A stretch of DNA of 64,000 bases from assembly GCA_030295235.1 (NCBI GenBank), contig AP026140.1:1-64000 (forward strand), written 5' to 3'. This DNA comes from Fistulifera solaris (lineage: Eukaryota). The notes under the pieces were generated by a model that was not told the origin of the DNA, searched no databases, and saw only the letters and a program-made list of their open reading frames with translations. The position numbers and the translations under genes are program-made. Positions 61,100 to 64,000 of the stretch are shown here, piece after piece (the stretch's first letter is position 1; each line of letters opens with the position of its first letter).

Positions 61100-61625
61100 A
61101 TGAAATAGTCTTTACAGGCACTGCAGCACTTTACGTCGAAGTTCCTTTTGAAGCGTTGTTTTGTTCATTTAATATGGACCAAAGTGCCGTCCGCATTATT
61201 TATAGCCACGACTGCTCTTCGGTCTTGAATCATGATTCTTTCGAGCGACATTGTTACCTACAATCTATTATTATTTGTCACAATTTCGTAAGCCTATCTG
61301 TCGTTGTTCCAATACAATCAATCTTCTTGGCAGCGTTTGCATTACACGACGACTCAATAATATTACGTCGAAAAGATTACGAAACGTTGCCTGCCATTTT
61401 TCACTATCGAGCAAAGTGTAATCTGAGTTATCCAAGACAGCAATTCAGTCATGAATCAAATTCCTTTCGAACGACAATACGGGCTAAGCCAATAATATTT
61501 CGAGAGCTACATTTGTTCTTGTTACAGTGAATAGTCTTTGGCAGCGTTTGCAACATACGCTTTGATGTTATTTCGTCGAAAAGCCCGCGATACGTTGTCT
61601 TCCGTTTTCTACTATAGATGAAAGT
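61100..61625. repeat. Degenerate tandem repeat of ~210 bp between the FBP1-like copies
   Basis: ttggcagcgtttgca...cgtcgaaaag...cga(a/t)acgttg...actat at ~61328 and ~61537; catga..ctttcga(g/a)cgaca at ~61231 and ~61450. Confidence 0.55.
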
Positions 61626-62032
61626 GTGGTCCCTATTTCTCCAAGACGGCACTTTTGTCAGGAGTCATGAATGAATGTTCGCCACCTGCCTTTATGCAAT
61701 AATACAACATCCCCTTTTGAAATAATAATACGAAGTCTATTGAGATAGTTCCTCAGATGAGAGAATCTACCAAATAGAAAAGTCGGCTTTACGAATCTAT
61801 GCGTGCGAGTAGTGGATTGCTGCACGAAGTAAAGATTTGCAGTGATCAGATGGTATTAACAATCTGTTGACCGCTTGAAAGATGATAATATGAATGGTAG
61901 CAAATAATGCTGTTCTTTGGGTATGCTTCTGATGGAGACAGTCTAGAGCTAGAGGGAGAACGATACATACGAGCTCGGTAGGTGAAAGGTGAAAGCCGCG
62001 TTTGCGACAACCGTACAATGAACATCATGTAG

Positions 62033-62132
62033 AGCATGCGATCAGTACGTTTTCTACATGCAGGTGCACCCGATCGGCACGCGCCTCATCGGTTGTCCCG
62101 GTTGTCACTCTTTTTACAAAAAGATACCGTGC
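62033..62132 (+). promoter_or_regulatory. Upstream block conserved between the two FBP1-like genes (copy 2)
   Basis: Aligns to 59288-59381, while the sequence further upstream shows no obvious similarity. Confidence 0.6.
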
Positions 62133-62196
62133 CCTTCGCCAAGATCGAGCAAGACGATGATCGAGCATTCTTTGTTCAAGCTTGTTGAGGTACACC

Positions 62197-63788
62197 ATGA
62201 AGTTTGGGCTTCTCTTTCTCGCACCCTTGTTGGTAACAGCGAATCAGTTCTTAGATGACCGTGGTAGAGCTCATGTGTTGCGGGATGAGCCTCGCGTCTT
62301 TTGTTCGGCGACGACTGCCATTTCTTTGGTCCATCTAGGTAAAACTCGTTCTCTCTTTCCCTACTGCTCGTTGCCGTTTACTAAGCTAACCGCGTTGGTG
62401 ATTATTTCGTAAACTACAGGGATGCCCACCGATTGGCTGGTGGCTACTTGGGGTTCACCTTTCAATCGCTTTTCCAATCTAGCCAAGGGCGAGAAATCTG
62501 AGTACTTCACCATGGATATACAGCCCGACGATCTTGCAATCTTGCAGTCGAAACCTTCCGTCTCGAATCCAGATTGTCTGGACGGAACTCAGCCGGAGAA
62601 TTTGTGTGATGAGATGGATGAAGCGAAGGTCAAAGCTCTTCAAGGAGTAACACTTATCATCGACGTTGTGGAAAACATTGGATCGGATCCCTTCCCTCTC
62701 AACGCTTCTGTAGCATTGAATGTGCCCGTCGTAACCATCGATTCATCTTTTGATGGTGCTCTTAACTGTCTTCCGGATGCGGTGAACTACCTCGGTACCG
62801 TTGACCAGAATTGTTACAAAAGATCCTACCTGGATGTCGTCAACCGTATTTATGATATGGCTGAATGGATGGGTATCGATACCCGTCACGATCGTGACTT
62901 ACTTTGCAAAGCCACACAAAGATTTCAACAAGCAGCTAAACAGGCTCATGACAAAGGTATTCGGTTCTTGCTAGCTTCTATTCAGAATCAAGAATTTGAG
63001 GAAGGAAACATGCGCATGTATGTAACGAACCCTTGCATTTCAGTACAGCACGGACCATGGAAGAAATCGGTTTGCCCATCTTGTGGCCTGGTCTCTGCCA
63101 AGAAGAGATTTGCAAGTCGTTAGGAGAACTCCCTGCGGCGTATGAGCTTGTTCCGGCGAAGTTCTACTTCCCAGACTGCCCCGACGGTCAAATCGAAGCA
63201 AGCTGCGGCAAGAACACTTTGTATAAAGCGGACTTCTTGTTGCTAGAAGGATTCGGCTACCAGCAACTCGAAGACGACCCGGAAGCGTTCACGAATTTGT
63301 TTCCAGACCCAGCGCTTCTTGCCGGCCAATATATTGCCTTTCCTTTTGACGCGCATGTCTTCTCGCATCGCTCTCTTGCTGGCTGGTTGGAGGTTCTCAC
63401 CGAACGTATCCAGAAAGCCAAGCGTATTCACGAAGCCACTCCTTGTTCAGAAGCGCATGTAACCTCTCTACCACACCTCAACTACAAAGATGCGGAGCTT
63501 GGTGGTGGCGAGTACGCCTGCTGGAATCCTCAGTATCACAATTCTGAGTATGCCACTTGTCCTCCTGAAGAAGTAACCGAGGGTCTCTCGAATGGTGCAG
63601 TCGCGGGCGTGGCAGTTGGCGCCATTTTTGTTGGGGCCTTTCTCATGTTTGTTCTCATGAGATTCGTGTTGAATTATAGAACTGGCATCGACAAGAAGTT
63701 TCAAGAGGCTGAGGAAGAAGAAAAGGAGCTCGAGTCAAACACAAGCCAGGCGTCGCATGTGAATGATGCAGCTTGGAGGAGTGAATGA
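62197..63788 (+). CDS. FBP1-like iron-siderophore-binding protein, copy 2 (frameshift near 63035)
   Basis: Tandem paralogue of 59445-61027 with the intron at the same position (62339-62419); the C-terminus reads through to DAAWRSE* where copy 1 has TAG. Confidence 0.65.
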
Positions 63789-64000
63789 GCAAGTGTTTGT
63801 CCGGAGTATTCTTTGTGTATTATTTGTTTTCTTTCGATGTCGTTCTAAGTAACTAAGCAATAACGTTTTCAAGATGTGATTTATTATTAGTTGATATTGT
63901 AGAATGTTGATTCCATGAACATAGTTATGATAGTGTGATTGTCAGTGCCGATGATTTGCAAAAATGCACTTACAATCTCATTCCATCCGCCATAATAGAC

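Noticed and set aside
379..63788. Programmed ribosomal frameshifting or RNA editing as the cause of split ORFs
   Set aside because: Indels hit unrelated genes including RPS10 and UBA1, often in homopolymer runs, with no shared slippery motif; sequencing or consensus error is simpler.
1..64000. tRNA, rRNA, snRNA genes or autonomous transposons
   Set aside because: No recognisable cloverleaf, rRNA, transposase or reverse-transcriptase motifs seen by eye; tRNAscan-SE/Infernal would be needed to exclude them.

Overview
This is the left end of a eukaryotic chromosome: (CCCTAA)n telomere at 1-129, then compact, gene-dense DNA with few short GT-AG introns. The gene families and a signal-peptide + 'SAF' plastid presequence point to a diatom (inference; probably pennate). 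Many genes are split by 1-bp indels, including housekeeping UBA1 and RPS10, which most likely reflects consensus errors. Gene order: UBA1 about 250 bp from the telomere; a glycosylation block (three GT8-like paralogues, a GT-A-type gene, a sulfotransferase-like gene) with RPS10 and a RING+chromodomain gene; a ~30 kb cluster (15.8-46.4 kb) of five paralogous [Ser/Arg-rich disordered]-C2-TerD-TerD genes interleaved with five domain-less Ser/Arg-rich genes; a 4-exon HSF; a putative OB-fold gene; a bacterial-like CBM6-CBM6-GH5; a glyoxalase II-like gene; and two tandem FBP1-like siderophore-binding genes sharing a conserved upstream block. Non-coding highlights: a hairpin-core repeat array of ~212 bp period at the strand switch of the C2-TerD cluster with dispersed relatives near 58 and 61 kb, an unrelated palindrome-rich array with the same period at 49.5-50.1 kb, a ~180 bp MITE, and many 7-bp-period mini-repeats. 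All domain calls are by eye from motifs; no database searches were run.
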